Source: an uncultured delta proteobacterium
GTDB lineage: Bacteria > Myxococcota_A > Polyangia > Polyangiales > Polyangiaceae
Length of the DNA stretch: 64,000 nucleotides
Direction of reading: 5' to 3'
Assembly: GCA_963716725.1 (NCBI GenBank)
Contig: CAVQUB010000021.1
Span: 256,001 to 320,000 of the forward strand
A program made the translations under genes and the position numbers. Every line of letters starts with the position of its first letter. Position 1 is the stretch's first letter. The notes below the pieces were generated by a model. It saw nothing but the letters and a program-made list of their open reading frames with translations. It was not told the origin of the DNA and ran no database searches. This document shows, one piece after another, positions 30,252-41,089 of this stretch.

Positions 30252-31962
30252 CTACGCCCGTTCTTCTCTCAACACCAAGCGCGCGAGCAGCACGCATGCG
30301 ACGGCGTTCGCGACGGCGAAGAGCGCGAGGCCCCAGCGTCCCAAGGGTGAGTGGATGCCCCCCTGCACCGCTACGGCGAACAAATAGGCCGCCGTACCGA
30401 CGGCGAGGCCCGAAATCATGGGCCGTGCGCTACGGACTCCGAGCAAGAGCAGCGTGAGGGAAAAGGGCAACAGCACGGTGCCCAAGGGCAGGTAGCCGTG
30501 GAAGGACGCGCCGAGCAGGATGTCCCAGTCCGGGAGCGGACGCGCGAGCAAGTCCACGAAGTCGTTGTGTCGTCCGATCACGAAGGGCGCAAAGAACAAC
30601 AGACCGGGGCCGGCAAGCAGCGCGGGCCCGAGGAAGCCCGGAGTCCACGGGCTCCGGCGCCGTTGCTTTCGGAACACGACGAAGATCACCAGCGCGAGGG
30701 CGAGCAGCCGGCCCAGCGTGCGCTCGAGCGCGACGCTCCTCAGCGCCACCGCGGCATCCAGGGCGCCGGCCCCGAACAAAAAACGGCCTTGGGCAGAGTC
30801 ATCGAGCGTGCGCGCGTTCTTGGTGAGCGCTCGTTCGACCGCTGCGGGCTCCGATAGCCCGAGGGACACCAAGAGCGCTGCGGCGCCGGCCACGTGGGGC
30901 GACGCCATGCTCGTGCCGTTGTAGCTCGGGAACCGCTCGCAGCGATCGTGCCCGCCGTTGCAGATGGTCTGCTGCACCACGTCGACGCCCGGAGCCGCGA
31001 GGTCCACGCCGGGCCCCCGCGACGAAAACCTCGCCAGTTTGTCGGCTCGAATCCAGGGCGCTGACTCCAATCACACCCTCGGACCCACCCGGGAACCCCA
31101 CCGCGCCGCCGCTGTTGCCGGCCGCGGCCACGACGACGACGCCGCGTTTCTTCGCGTAGTCGACGGCGCGTTGCAAGATGCGCGAGTTGCGCGGACCGCC
31201 CAGGCTCAGGTTGATCACCTGGGCGCCGTGGTCGGCGGCCCAACGGATCCCGTCTGCAACGTCTGTCGTCGTTCCCCATCCGCCCTGGCTGAGGACCTTC
31301 ACGGGCATCAGGCGGGCGTCGAAGGCCATGCCCGCCGCGCCAATGCCGTTGTTGGTGCTCTGGGCGATGGTGCCGGCAACGTGCGTCCCGTGACCGTGGT
31401 CGTCGTTGGCGTGAGGCGACTTGGCGACGAAGTTGTAGCCTTCCACGCAGCGGGTCCGGGCGAGATCCGTGGCTTTGTCGAAGGGGCCAAACTTCTCGCA
31501 GGCGATACCGGTGTCGATCACCGCGACCGTCACCCCTCGTCCGGTCGAGAAGTCCCACGCGCGCTCGGCGCCGACGCGGCTCAGGTGCCACTGGTCTTTG
31601 AGCAGTGGGTCGTTGGGAACGAACAGCGCCCGCACTTTGGCGTGGGGCTCGACGACCTCGACGCGCGAGTCCTTCTCGAGCGCTCCACGCACCTCGTCCA
31701 GTCGCTCGCCGACCACGCGCACCACCTGGATGCGGGTCTGCACCTCGAGCGCTGAAGGCGAAAACGAGACCGCCAATCGCGCGAAGAGATCGCTGATGGT
31801 CGTCTGCCCCACGTCGTCAGCGAAGTCGACGACCAACTCACCCGGAATGTCCTCGGCAGACTCCTCGGCGGCAGTGGGCGCCGGCACCCCCGGAGCGCCC
31901 GCGAAGGCCGCCTCGGCGGCAAGCAGAGCGGCAACCGAGATTGACCAGATCGATGCCTTCAC
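30252..31962 (-). CDS. S8 (subtilisin-like) serine peptidase with C-terminal membrane domain; 1-nt frameshift near 31048
   Basis: VIDTG, HGTHVAG and AAAGN in ORF 30799..31962; GTSMASP and TM helices in ORF 30252..31070. Confidence 0.88.
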
Positions 31963-32043
31963 GTGCCGGGGAGCGTAGCTCAGCGCGCGGGCACGGGCAT
32001 TAGCGGGTGGGCGCCCGCGCCGAGCAGTGCTGAGATCCGGCCC

Positions 32044-32826
32044 ATGCGACCGATTTCAGAGCTGCCTCGGGCCGAGGCCGAAGGGCTCGACGGGCTGCTC
32101 TTCGACCTGGACGACACCGTGCTCGACCGCGGTCAGCTGAGCGAGGCGGCGTACGCGGCTCTGTTCCGCCTGCGTGAGTGCGGACTGCGTTTGATCGCGG
32201 TGACAGGCCGGCCCGCGGCCTGGGGCGAGGTGCTCGCGCGTCAGTGGCCCATCGACGCCGCGGTGACCGAGAACGGCGCGGTCGCCTTCACGCGAAGCGA
32301 TGGCGTCATGACGCGGCACGACGCCGCACCCGAAGGCGAACGCCAGCGTCGCCGAGCCCTGCTCGCCCAGGTCGTCGCGAGCATCGCCGAAGACCATCCC
32401 GAGGTCCACGCGGCCGACGACGTCGGCGGTCGCATCAGCGACTTCGCGTTCGACATTGCAGAGCATCATCGCGTGGCGCCCGAGGTCGTGCGCGCCGTGA
32501 GCGCGCTGGCACACGAGCACGGCGCTCGCACTCACTCCTCGAGTGTGCACCTGCACATCACCTTCGACGCGGACGACAAGGCCACTGGCGTGGTGCGCCT
32601 GATCAACATGCTGTGGGGCACCGACCCCACGCTGGCGCGCTTCCGCCACGCATTCATCGGCGACAGCGAAAACGACGGTAGCTGCTTCGCGGCCTTTCGC
32701 ACGAGCATCGCCGTGCAGAACTTCTCGGGTCGACCGACGGTGGGACCTCGCTACCTGACCCGAGCCGCGCGAGGTCAGGGTTTCGCCGAGGCCGCCGCTC
32801 GGCTGGTCGCGCTGCGGGGCAAGTGA
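32044..32826 (+). CDS. HAD-IIB family hydrolase
   Basis: FDLDDT, VTGR, ENG, DK, GDSEND. Confidence 0.88.
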   Translation: MRPISELPRAEAEGLDGLLFDLDDTVLDRGQLSEAAYAALFRLRECGLRLIAVTGRPAAWGEVLARQWPIDAAVTENGAVAFTRSDGVMTRHDAAPEGERQRRRALLAQVVASIAEDHPEVHAADDVGGRISDFAFDIAEHHRVAPEVVRAVSALAHEHGARTHSSSVHLHITFDADDKATGVVRLINMLWGTDPTLARFRHAFIGDSENDGSCFAAFRTSIAVQNFSGRPTVGPRYLTRAARGQGFAEAAARLVALRGK

Positions 32827-32852
32827 AGGGCGGTGACCGCCAGCGCCGACTG

Positions 32853-33996
32853 CTAGCGTCCAGCCCCCGCCCGCCACGCCCGGATCGAGCGCCGACGCCG
32901 CGAGTGCAACGTCACTCTCGCTCGTGCTCCGCCCCAGCGTGAGTCGCACCGAGCCCAGGGCGTCTTCGGCTGCGACGCCCATCGCCAAGATCACGGCGGA
33001 AGCGCTCTCGTGTCCCTGGTGGCAGGCCGATCCGGTCGAGGCAGCGATCTCCGGCGCCCCGGCGAGCAACGATTCGCCCGAGGCCCCCGGGAAGCGAACG
33101 TTCAGCGTATTCGGAAGCCGAAGCTCGTGATGACCGTTCAGTTGGATCCCGGGCACGCCGGCCGCAAGCGCGTGCCACAGCGCGTCCCGCCGATCGCGCA
33201 TTCGCGCCGACGCCGCGTCGAGATCGCGCCCCACCGCATCACACGCCACCCCGAGCCCGGAGATGAACGCCACGTTCTCGGTCCCGGGGCGGAGCCCGCG
33301 CTCGTGTCCTGCACCGAGCACGAAGGGCAGGAGCGGGGTTCCGCGTTTGACGTACAGCGCACCCACCCCCTTGGGCGCGTAGAGCTTGTGACCCGCGATC
33401 GAGAGCAGATCGACGTCCAGCTCACGCACGTTCACGCGGACCTTGCCGAGAGACTGCGCCGCGTCGGTGTGAGCGAGGGCCCCCACGGCGTGGGCGAGCC
33501 GCGCCAGCTCTTCCACGGGCTGGATCACGCCGGTCTCGTTGTTCGAGTGCATCACGGTCACCAGCGCCGTGTCCGCGCCCACGGCCTTCGCGGCTTCATC
33601 GACGCGGGCGCAACCCTGGGCATCGACACCGACGCGGCTGACCCTCCACCCGTGCTTTTCCAGCCAGTCGCAGGGACGAGCGGTCGCCGGGTGTTCGATC
33701 AGCGTGGTGACGACGTGGCGGCGGTCGTCACGAGCGTCGGTCACGCCGCGGATCGCGAGGTTGTTGGCCTCGGTACCGCCGGAAGTGAAGATCACTTCGT
33801 CGGGCTCGCAGCCAACCAGCGCCGCCACCTGCTCCCGAGCCCGAGCCACGGCCACGCGCGCGCGCTGCCCGTAGACGTGACCGCTCGACGGGTTGCCGAA
33901 GTGATCGCGAAGATAGGGCAGCATCGCGTCCACGACCTCGGGCAGGACGGGCGTGGTCGCGTTGTAGTCGAGGTAGATCGGGTCGGTGTCGTTCAT
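32853..33996 (-). CDS. cysteine desulfurase (IscS/NifS type); apparent 1-nt insertion near 32886 causes read-through
   Basis: YLDYNATTP, TSGGTE, HTDAAQS, GHKLYAPKG, ASTGSACH. Removing one base restores ...ASALIRAWRAGAGR* ending at 32853. Confidence 0.9.
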
Positions 33997-34129
33997 GGCC
34001 AGCGCGCCGGCGCCCATGCTACCGGCGAAGAGTGTGGGACGACACAGAAGCTCAGCGGTAGGGCCCAGCTCGTTCCAGTGAAACGCCGGAAAGCACCCCG
34101 GCTGCGTCGCTGATGGCCCCCAGCGCCGA

Positions 34130-34430
34130 GTGCACGACCTCGCCGGTGACGACGGGTGCCCGAAGCCGAAGCTCGAGCCCACGGTCGTCCCCGGTGACCA
34201 CCGCGGGCACGATCCACTGGAAGGGTTCATCGACGTGGGCAGCATCTTCTCGGCTCCGCGCGACATCGTCATCGACATCGAAGCCATCGAACGCGCCGAG
34301 TCGAAGAAGAAACTCGATGCGCTCTTGAAGAGCCTGTTCGGTGCGCACTACGCGAAACAGATGAATCCCTCACCCCTGCTGCACCGTCTCGAACGCATGA
34401 AGGGCTGCTCTGGATCAACTGATCGTCGCC
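34130..34430 (+). other. possible gene fragment of unknown family
   Basis: Protein-like stretch (FIDVGSIFSAPRDIVIDIEAIERAESKKKLDALLKSLFG) with no good start or stop. Confidence 0.3.
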
Positions 34431-34435
34431 GACGG

Positions 34436-35236
34436 TCACGGCGCCGCGCACCGTCCCTCGAGGGCGATGCTCACCCGCGTGATCGTGACTGCTTCCACCG
34501 GACGATCACCGGCTCCGGTCTTCACGCTGGCGATCCTTTCGATGGTGTCGGATGGCTCGCACTCCCCGAACGCCGTGTAGCGACCAGTGATGTGCCCCGC
34601 GGCTTCGTCGAGGATGAAGAACTGCATTCCATTGGTGTTCGGACCGCGGTTGGCCATGTACAAGAGCCCTCGTCGATTGGCGTCGATGTCGGGATCGATC
34701 TCGTCGGGCAGCACGAAGCCGGGCTCGCCACGACCCGTGCCGGTGGGATCGCCACCCTGGATCATGAAGCCGCGAACGACCCGGTGGAACGTGGTGCCGT
34801 CGTAGGCGGGACGGGTCTCCCAGTGCCCGGTGTTCGGGTGTTCGAAGGGGCGAAGACCGCGCGCGAGCCCGACGAAGTTCGCGACGGTTCGAGGTGCAAT
34901 GTGCTCCCAGAGCTCACAGCGCAGCGGGCCCTCGGAGGTCTGGAGGGTGGCCACCAATGGATAGTCGCCGCTGAGCCCCGCAAGCGCGCGATCCAACGCG
35001 AACGCACCGCCCGTCGGATCCTTCGGGTTCGGCGTGACCTCGGCGATCGGCAAGAGCGGGCGCTGGGGTCTCGGGCGCGGAACGCACGCTCCCGCGCGGT
35101 TCGCGCGCTGATCCTGACTTGCCTCGACGGTCGCCGCTGGCACCTCCACCTGCACGGCCGACGGCGTCCCGCCTCCACGCGGCGCGCACGAGCAGAGCCA
35201 GATTGCCAGGGGCAGCAGCGCGCGCCGGGACACCAC
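34436..35236 (-). CDS. cyclophilin-type peptidyl-prolyl isomerase, lipoprotein
   Basis: APRTVANF, FHRVVRGFMIQGGDP, MANRGPNTNGMQFFI; N-terminal LCSC. Confidence 0.93.
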   Translation of the reverse strand: MVSRRALLPLAIWLCSCAPRGGGTPSAVQVEVPAATVEASQDQRANRAGACVPRPRPQRPLLPIAEVTPNPKDPTGGAFALDRALAGLSGDYPLVATLQTSEGPLRCELWEHIAPRTVANFVGLARGLRPFEHPNTGHWETRPAYDGTTFHRVVRGFMIQGGDPTGTGRGEPGFVLPDEIDPDIDANRRGLLYMANRGPNTNGMQFFILDEAAGHITGRYTAFGECEPSDTIERIASVKTGAGDRPVEAVTITRVSIALEGRCAAP

Positions 35237-35319
35237 CGAACGCTAGCGCGTCACGACGTGAATCGCAGCATTGTTCCCCGGCGGCGCAACTGCCGCTTCG
35301 CATGGTATGCTCTTGCACC

Positions 35320-36687
35320 ATGCGGGCACATCTCTCGATCTTTCGGACTGGAGTGATGCTGGCGCTCGGGTTCTCGGCCCTCGCCTGCAGCGGCGAGACC
35401 AACGAGTCGCCCGCGCTGCGGCCTTGCGCCGGCTCGACGCCGGTCGCCCACGATCCCGCTCTCTCCCAGTGTTCGGACGGAACCGTTCACCGCACGACCG
35501 CGGCCCAGTGCACCAGCAGTCTGCCACGGCCGGATGCCTGCGTTTCGGCAGGCACCAGCGCGTGCACCAAGGACTCGGATTGCACCAGCAAGGCCCACGG
35601 CTACTGCCGCGAGTCCTTTGAGACTGCGACCTGCTCCTGCAACTACGGCTGCGTCACGGACTCCGATTGCGGAACGGGATTTCTCTGCGCATGCAGCGAC
35701 CCAGTCGGCTCCTGCGTGCAGGCGAACTGTCGAAGCGACGCAGACTGCGGCGGCGGCGCACTGTGTGTGCAAACTCGACTGCAGAAGTGCGGCAACCTCG
35801 GCTTTGCGTGTCAGAAGCCGGGTGACCAGTGCAACACGGACGCGCACTGCACCGACGGCCAACAGTGCGCTCTCGCCGATGGCATTCGAAAGTGTCTCGC
35901 GAACGACTGCCCGGTTCCCGGTCGGCCGTTTCTCGTCGACGACGCACCGCGGGTCGCAGCCCTGACCGAGCGCTCTGACTGGCTCGACGAGCTGGCGCCG
36001 CGCTGCGAGGGCATGAGCGCGGAGCTCCGCGAGAGGCTCGCAGCACATTGGGCACGCATCGGGCAGATGGAGCACGCATCGGTCGCAGCGTTCTCGCGCT
36101 TCACGTTGCAGCTCCTGAGCCTGGGAGCGCCCGCCGCGCTGCTGGAGGAGAGTCAGCTGGCCGCCGCCGACGAAATCAGGCACACGCGGCTGTGCTTTGG
36201 CCTCGCTTCGGCCTACGCGCGCTCGCCGCGAGGGCCCGCTCCGCTCGACGTGGCGGGAGCGCTCGGCGACGACGACGTGGCTACGATCGTGCGCCTCACC
36301 TTCCGGGAGGGCTGCGTCGGCGAGAGCGCTGCGGCCCACGAGGCGCGTGTCTCGGGCGAAGCTGCCGACGACGAGACGATTCGACGGGTGCTCGTCGGTA
36401 TCGCCGACGACGAAGAGCGTCACGCGCTCACGGCGTGGAAGTTCATGCGCTGGGCGGTCGCGGAGTTCGGAGCCGTCGCTCGCGGAGCGTTGATCGACGA
36501 AATCGCGCGGCTCGAATCCGAGTCGTCGCCGCCGCGCTTCGCTCACGGTGAGCTGTCCCGACATGCCCTTCTCGACGACGAGGCCCGCCTCTCGCTCCGA
36601 GGGCAGGTCGTGCGCCAAGTGGTGTTGCCCTGCGCCCGGGCGCTCCTCGACGCCACCGCTGGGCAGCGGCCCGCGCGGGCCGCCTGA
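35320..36687 (+). CDS. lipoprotein with Cys-rich repeats and C-terminal ferritin-like (di-iron) domain
   Basis: Lipobox ALAC; CxxDxDC repeats; GRPF linker; EHASVAAF, DEIRH, EGCVGE, DEERH. Confidence 0.82.
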   Translation: MRAHLSIFRTGVMLALGFSALACSGETNESPALRPCAGSTPVAHDPALSQCSDGTVHRTTAAQCTSSLPRPDACVSAGTSACTKDSDCTSKAHGYCRESFETATCSCNYGCVTDSDCGTGFLCACSDPVGSCVQANCRSDADCGGGALCVQTRLQKCGNLGFACQKPGDQCNTDAHCTDGQQCALADGIRKCLANDCPVPGRPFLVDDAPRVAALTERSDWLDELAPRCEGMSAELRERLAAHWARIGQMEHASVAAFSRFTLQLLSLGAPAALLEESQLAAADEIRHTRLCFGLASAYARSPRGPAPLDVAGALGDDDVATIVRLTFREGCVGESAAAHEARVSGEAADDETIRRVLVGIADDEERHALTAWKFMRWAVAEFGAVARGALIDEIARLESESSPPRFAHGELSRHALLDDEARLSLRGQVVRQVVLPCARALLDATAGQRPARAA

Positions 36688-36751
36688 GCAGCCCCGCTCG
36701 AGTTGCGCTGGATCAGGCGAGTCGGGCAGGCTAGCGTCGTCGCCTCGTCCG

Positions 36752-38806
36752 ATGCACGCCGCCCGCCGTCACTCGCACGCCCGAGCCGAGGGCCGCGTCA
36801 CTCTCGTGCCACAGGGCCTCGACGTGGACGGGCAGACGGTGCCCTTGCACGCCGCCGCTGTGCACTACTGGCGCCTCGAGCCGCGCCACTGGCGCCGCGC
36901 CCTCGAAGCGACCAAGAGCCTGGGCTTCCGCCTGATCGACGTGTACGTGCCTTGGGGCGTGCACGAACTGGGGCCCGGGGCCTTCGACTTCGGCAAGCTG
37001 TCCGACGAACGCGACGTCGCCGCCTTCGTCGATCTGATCGCTGAGCTCGACCTGTTCTGTATCTTGCGCCCGGGCCCCCACATCAACGCCGAACTCACCG
37101 GCTTCGGGCTGCCGGAACGAGTGATTTGGGACGCTGACTGCCAGGCGCGCTCGCCCCGCGGCAATCCCGTCGTGTTGCCGGTTCCACCGTTGGCCTTTCC
37201 GGTCCCGAGCTACGCCAGCGAGACCTTCCACTCCGAGGTCGCGCGCTGGTTCGCCGCGGTCGGGGCCGAGCTCGCGCGCTTCATGTACCCCAACGGCCCG
37301 ATCGTGCTCTGTCAGGTCGACAACGAAGGCGCGCTCTACTTCCGCGACGGCGTCTACGACCAAGACTGGCACCCGGACTCGCTGAAGAAGTACCGGCGCT
37401 TCCTGCAGGCCCGCTACGAGCGGGTGTCCGCGCTGAGGCGCGCGCACCGAGACGATCACGTCACCTTCGCGCGCGTCGACCCGCCCACGCGCTTCGATGC
37501 CAAGAGCGCCGACGAGCTCGCGCCCCACCTCGACTGGGCCGAGTGGCAGGAGCAAATGCTGGCAGACTCGTTCGCGCTCATGCGAGAGCACCTGGAGGCC
37601 GCCGGGCTCGGCGGCGTGCCGATCTCGCACAACCTGCCGCTCAGCGAGGGAGCCACGCCCCTCGATCCGGAACGCGTCGGCAAGGTCGTGGACCTGATCG
37701 GACTCGACTACTACCACGGCGCCACGGCGCCCCAGCGCAGCGAGATCGCGCGCCGCACGACCGAGCTGGCGGAGCGATGTGCCGCGCGCGGCCACTCGGC
37801 CTTTGCCTGCGAGCTGGGCGCGGGTTTCCCGCCCTTTTTTCCTCCGCTCACCGATCGCGACAACGCCTTCTCGGTGCTCACGGCCCTCGCCTACGGGCTC
37901 CGAGGCTTCAACGCCTACATGGTGGTGGAGCGCGATCGCTGGATCGGCGCGCCCATCGATCCCGCCGGCAGGATCCGGCCCTCGGCGGAGGCGTGGCGCA
38001 AGCTGCTCGCCGCCCTGGACCGCACGAGCTTCGCAGAGCTTCGCCGAGACGCCGCGGTGCACATCGTCATCCCCCGCAGCTTCCGCCGGCTCTCGCGGGT
38101 GTGCCACGCCTTCGGTCCGCTGAGCGCAGCGTTGTTCCAGGTCCTGGGAGGCGGCGCGCAGGAGGCCTGCTTCGAAGACGACTTCGGATTGGGCGCCTCG
38201 GTGGTGATCGAGACCGAGCGCTTCGCGCGTCAACTCGAGCACGCCCTGGACAGCGCGCGCATCCCCTGGGCAGTCGTCGGCGGCGATCTGATCGAGCGCT
38301 CGCTGGAGCGCGCGAAATGGGTGGTCGTCGCCTCCACCGGCGCGCTAGAGCCCGAGATTGTCGCGTCGATCGAGCGCGCATGGAAGAGCGACGCGGCGCT
38401 CAGCCTCGGCCCCTATCTGCCACACCGCGACCCGACTTTTCTCCCCATCAGCGCGCCGCCCGGGCTGCCCACGGGCGATCGGGCCGTTCCCGGACTGGTG
38501 GGCCTCGGCGCCGAATCCATGGCGGCGATGGTCGCTCAGGCCAAGGCCGCCCTCGGGTTGCCTACCCTCGACCTGAGCCCCAGCGAGCTCCTGTCGACGC
38601 TTCATGTCGATGTCGCCGGCACGGCTCGCGTGATGTTCGTGATCAACCCCACCGGGTGGGCCGCTGAGGCGACCCTCGGATCGGCGGGGGCTCGCCTCGC
38701 GATCGACGCGCTGGATGGCACACGCTTCGAGGCCCGATCCGGCTCGCTGTGTGTGCAGGTCAGCGGCCGCTCGGTGCGCATGCTCGAGCTGGTGCACGGC
38801 GATTGA
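36752..38806 (+). CDS. beta-galactosidase-like glycoside hydrolase (GH35/GH42-related)
   Basis: VHYWR, YVPWGVHE, LRPGPHINAE, GPIVLCQVDNE, CELGAG. Confidence 0.8.
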   Translation: MHAARRHSHARAEGRVTLVPQGLDVDGQTVPLHAAAVHYWRLEPRHWRRALEATKSLGFRLIDVYVPWGVHELGPGAFDFGKLSDERDVAAFVDLIAELDLFCILRPGPHINAELTGFGLPERVIWDADCQARSPRGNPVVLPVPPLAFPVPSYASETFHSEVARWFAAVGAELARFMYPNGPIVLCQVDNEGALYFRDGVYDQDWHPDSLKKYRRFLQARYERVSALRRAHRDDHVTFARVDPPTRFDAKSADELAPHLDWAEWQEQMLADSFALMREHLEAAGLGGVPISHNLPLSEGATPLDPERVGKVVDLIGLDYYHGATAPQRSEIARRTTELAERCAARGHSAFACELGAGFPPFFPPLTDRDNAFSVLTALAYGLRGFNAYMVVERDRWIGAPIDPAGRIRPSAEAWRKLLAALDRTSFAELRRDAAVHIVIPRSFRRLSRVCHAFGPLSAALFQVLGGGAQEACFEDDFGLGASVVIETERFARQLEHALDSARIPWAVVGGDLIERSLERAKWVVVASTGALEPEIVASIERAWKSDAALSLGPYLPHRDPTFLPISAPPGLPTGDRAVPGLVGLGAESMAAMVAQAKAALGLPTLDLSPSELLSTLHVDVAGTARVMFVINPTGWAAEATLGSAGARLAIDALDGTRFEARSGSLCVQVSGRSVRMLELVHGD

Positions 38807-38875
38807 GCCGAGCGAGCGGCGCATTTCCCACTCCGACTTGGATTCGACCCCCAAAGCGTGTAAGAGCGCGCGCCC

Positions 38876-39484
38876 ATGATTCTGGAGATCAACCCCGAGC
38901 ACCCGGAGCCGCGGAAGATCCGCCGGGCGGTGGACGCGCTCGAAGCAGGCGAGGTCATCGCGTACCCGACGGACACGGTTTACGGGCTCGGCTGCGACCT
39001 CTTCAACAAGAAGGCCGTGGAGCGCCTCTACCAACTCAAGGGCCTCCAGAGAGACCAGAAGCTCGCGTTCGTGTGCGCGGATATCAGTGACGCCGCGAAG
39101 TACGCGGTCCTGCACGATCAGGTGTTTCGCATGCTCAAGCGGCACCTGCCCGGGCCCTACGTCTTCATCTTGGAGGCCACGCGCGAGGTGCCGAAGATCG
39201 TGCACCTGCCCCGGAAGACCATCGGTGTCCGAATCCCCGACCACGCGGTGCCCGTCGCGCTCGTGCGCGAGCTCGGGCGCCCCATCATTTCCAGCACGGC
39301 GGCCCGGCACGGCGCCGAAGGCAGCCCCGATCCCCACGAAATCGACATCGAATTTCCAGGACTCGCCCTGGTCCTGGATGGCGGTCCCGGGGGCAACCAG
39401 CCGACCAGCGTGGTGGATCTGACCGGCGCTTCTCCGGTGGTGGTCCGCGAGGGTGCCGGCGACGTCTCGGCGTTCTTGGAATAG
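38876..39484 (+). CDS. Sua5/YrdC/YciO family (threonylcarbamoyl-AMP synthase-like, YciO type)
   Basis: YPTDTVYGLGC, LPGPYVFIL, TIGVRIPD, PTSVVDL, REGAG. Confidence 0.9.
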   Translation: MILEINPEHPEPRKIRRAVDALEAGEVIAYPTDTVYGLGCDLFNKKAVERLYQLKGLQRDQKLAFVCADISDAAKYAVLHDQVFRMLKRHLPGPYVFILEATREVPKIVHLPRKTIGVRIPDHAVPVALVRELGRPIISSTAARHGAEGSPDPHEIDIEFPGLALVLDGGPGGNQPTSVVDLTGASPVVVREGAGDVSAFLE

Positions 39485-39608
39485 CCAGAGGCGCGCGCAA
39501 TCTGCGCGGTACCTACAAAAGTGGACCACAGCGCCCCAGTTTGGATTAAATTCGCGTCCCAATCAGCTCGCAGGCCTCCACCTGCGCACAGCCAGGAGCC
39601 GAAGATTC

Positions 39609-39914
39609 ATGACGTTCGTCGTCGCGGAGAACTGCAAAGGATGTCGTTTCACGGACTGCGTTGCGGTCTGCCCGGTGGATTGCTTCCACGGCGACGACGA
39701 GATGCTCTACATCGATCCCGATGAGTGCATCGACTGTGGGGCGTGTGTGCCCGAATGCCCGGTCGAGGCAATCTTCGACGAGACTCAGCTCCCCGACGAC
39801 CAGAAGGCGTGGACGCAGATCAACGCGGATCGCGCCAAGGGACTGCCCGTGGTCAACGAGAAGGGCGACGCGCTGCCGGGCGCCGAAGAGCGCAAGAAGG
39901 ACCTGGGCTTCTGA
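39609..39914 (+). CDS. fdxA: 7Fe ferredoxin (FdxA type)
   Basis: MTFVVAENCKGCRFTDCVAVCPVDCF...CIDCGACVPECP. Confidence 0.92.
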   Translation: MTFVVAENCKGCRFTDCVAVCPVDCFHGDDEMLYIDPDECIDCGACVPECPVEAIFDETQLPDDQKAWTQINADRAKGLPVVNEKGDALPGAEERKKDLGF

Positions 39915-39923
39915 GCCGTAGGG

Positions 39924-41021
39924 TCACTTTGCGCCCAGGGCGATCGTGACGTCCGCGATCGATTGAACGCCCAGCCGCTGATCCCCGCCGCCTGCGGGGA
40001 TCAGCCCGGCGACGAAGGTCTGCTTGCTCGTCCCCGATCGTGCGAGGGCGTCGCCTTTGTGCATGACGAGCTTGGCCTCGGTGGTCGACTGGAACTGATC
40101 GAGCTCGGCCCCGGGCGGAATGCCTGCAAACTCGAACTTGTGGGAGACGGCGTAGCGCTTGGTGCTCACGCTGAGCGTGAGGCTCTCGCCCTCCACCTGC
40201 TCCAGCTTCACTAGGCGATACGCAACAGCCTCGGCACCGCCGGTGTTTCCCCGGGTCGTGATCAGCCAGAACCCGCCTGCTCCTACCGCTTCTTTCGGGA
40301 ATCCGATGGCGGTCGCCTCGAGGGCCTCGCCCACCGAGCGCAGCACCATCTCGAGCTCCGGCGTCGCCCCCTTGGCAAGTTGGTGCGAGAAGTCGACGCC
40401 GACCCCGCCGCTGACCACCGAGAAATCGATCTTGCTGCCCTTCATCTTGGCGAGCTGAGCTGCGAGCTCCTTGCCCTGTGCGCCGACGTCGCTCGACAGC
40501 TTCACGTCGGTGAGCCTGGCGCTGACTCGAATGCCCTCGGTCGGCGGCGTCGCCGCCGCCGGGCCAGCCGCCGCGCCAGGCGCCGCAGCAGCCGCCAGCT
40601 TTGGGGCCTCCAAGCTCAAGGAGACAGCGAGGCCCGGGAACTGCGCACGACCCAAGCGCAGCGTCAGATCGAGGGTGCCGTTCTGCTTCCATCCGGGCGC
40701 GAGGGAGCTCGACAGCACCGCGCGAGGTTCGGCGCCAGCTTCGCCCAGAACGATCTTGGGAGGTTTGCCGCGTTCGATCTGGGCGTCCGCCTTGCCCGCT
40801 TCGAAGATCCCGTTCTGCGGAGGGCCATCGTCCGCGCTGGCCCCCGCGCCGGGCTTCACCGCCTTGCTGCCAGCCGCAGCGACAGCCTCTGCGAGGTTTG
40901 GATCCACCGCGCTCGCCTTGCCGGCGTCGAGGTCCGAAAGCTTCGCCTCTTTGGGTTTGTCTTCGCAGCCGAGGACCAGGCCCAGCACCGCCGCCGTGAA
41001 CGCAACTCTCGTCATCATCAT
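39924..41021 (-). CDS. hypothetical lipoprotein
   Basis: Lipobox VLGC; LGEAGAEPRAVL and PKEAVGAGGFW motifs; beta-rich. Confidence 0.7.
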   Translation of the reverse strand: MMMTRVAFTAAVLGLVLGCEDKPKEAKLSDLDAGKASAVDPNLAEAVAAAGSKAVKPGAGASADDGPPQNGIFEAGKADAQIERGKPPKIVLGEAGAEPRAVLSSSLAPGWKQNGTLDLTLRLGRAQFPGLAVSLSLEAPKLAAAAAPGAAAGPAAATPPTEGIRVSARLTDVKLSSDVGAQGKELAAQLAKMKGSKIDFSVVSGGVGVDFSHQLAKGATPELEMVLRSVGEALEATAIGFPKEAVGAGGFWLITTRGNTGGAEAVAYRLVKLEQVEGESLTLSVSTKRYAVSHKFEFAGIPPGAELDQFQSTTEAKLVMHKGDALARSGTSKQTFVAGLIPAGGGDQRLGVQSIADVTIALGAK

Positions 41022-41089
41022 GGTTTCGGCCCCGGTTTACCCGATGCGAGCCCGAAGTCTAGACCCGATCCACCCTCAGACGATCTAGG

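Noticed and set aside
32056..34287. 743-aa fusion ORF containing cysteine desulfurase
   Set aside because: The extensions are antisense to the HAD gene and to the upstream fragment; explained by a 1-nt insertion near 32886 and an over-long start call.
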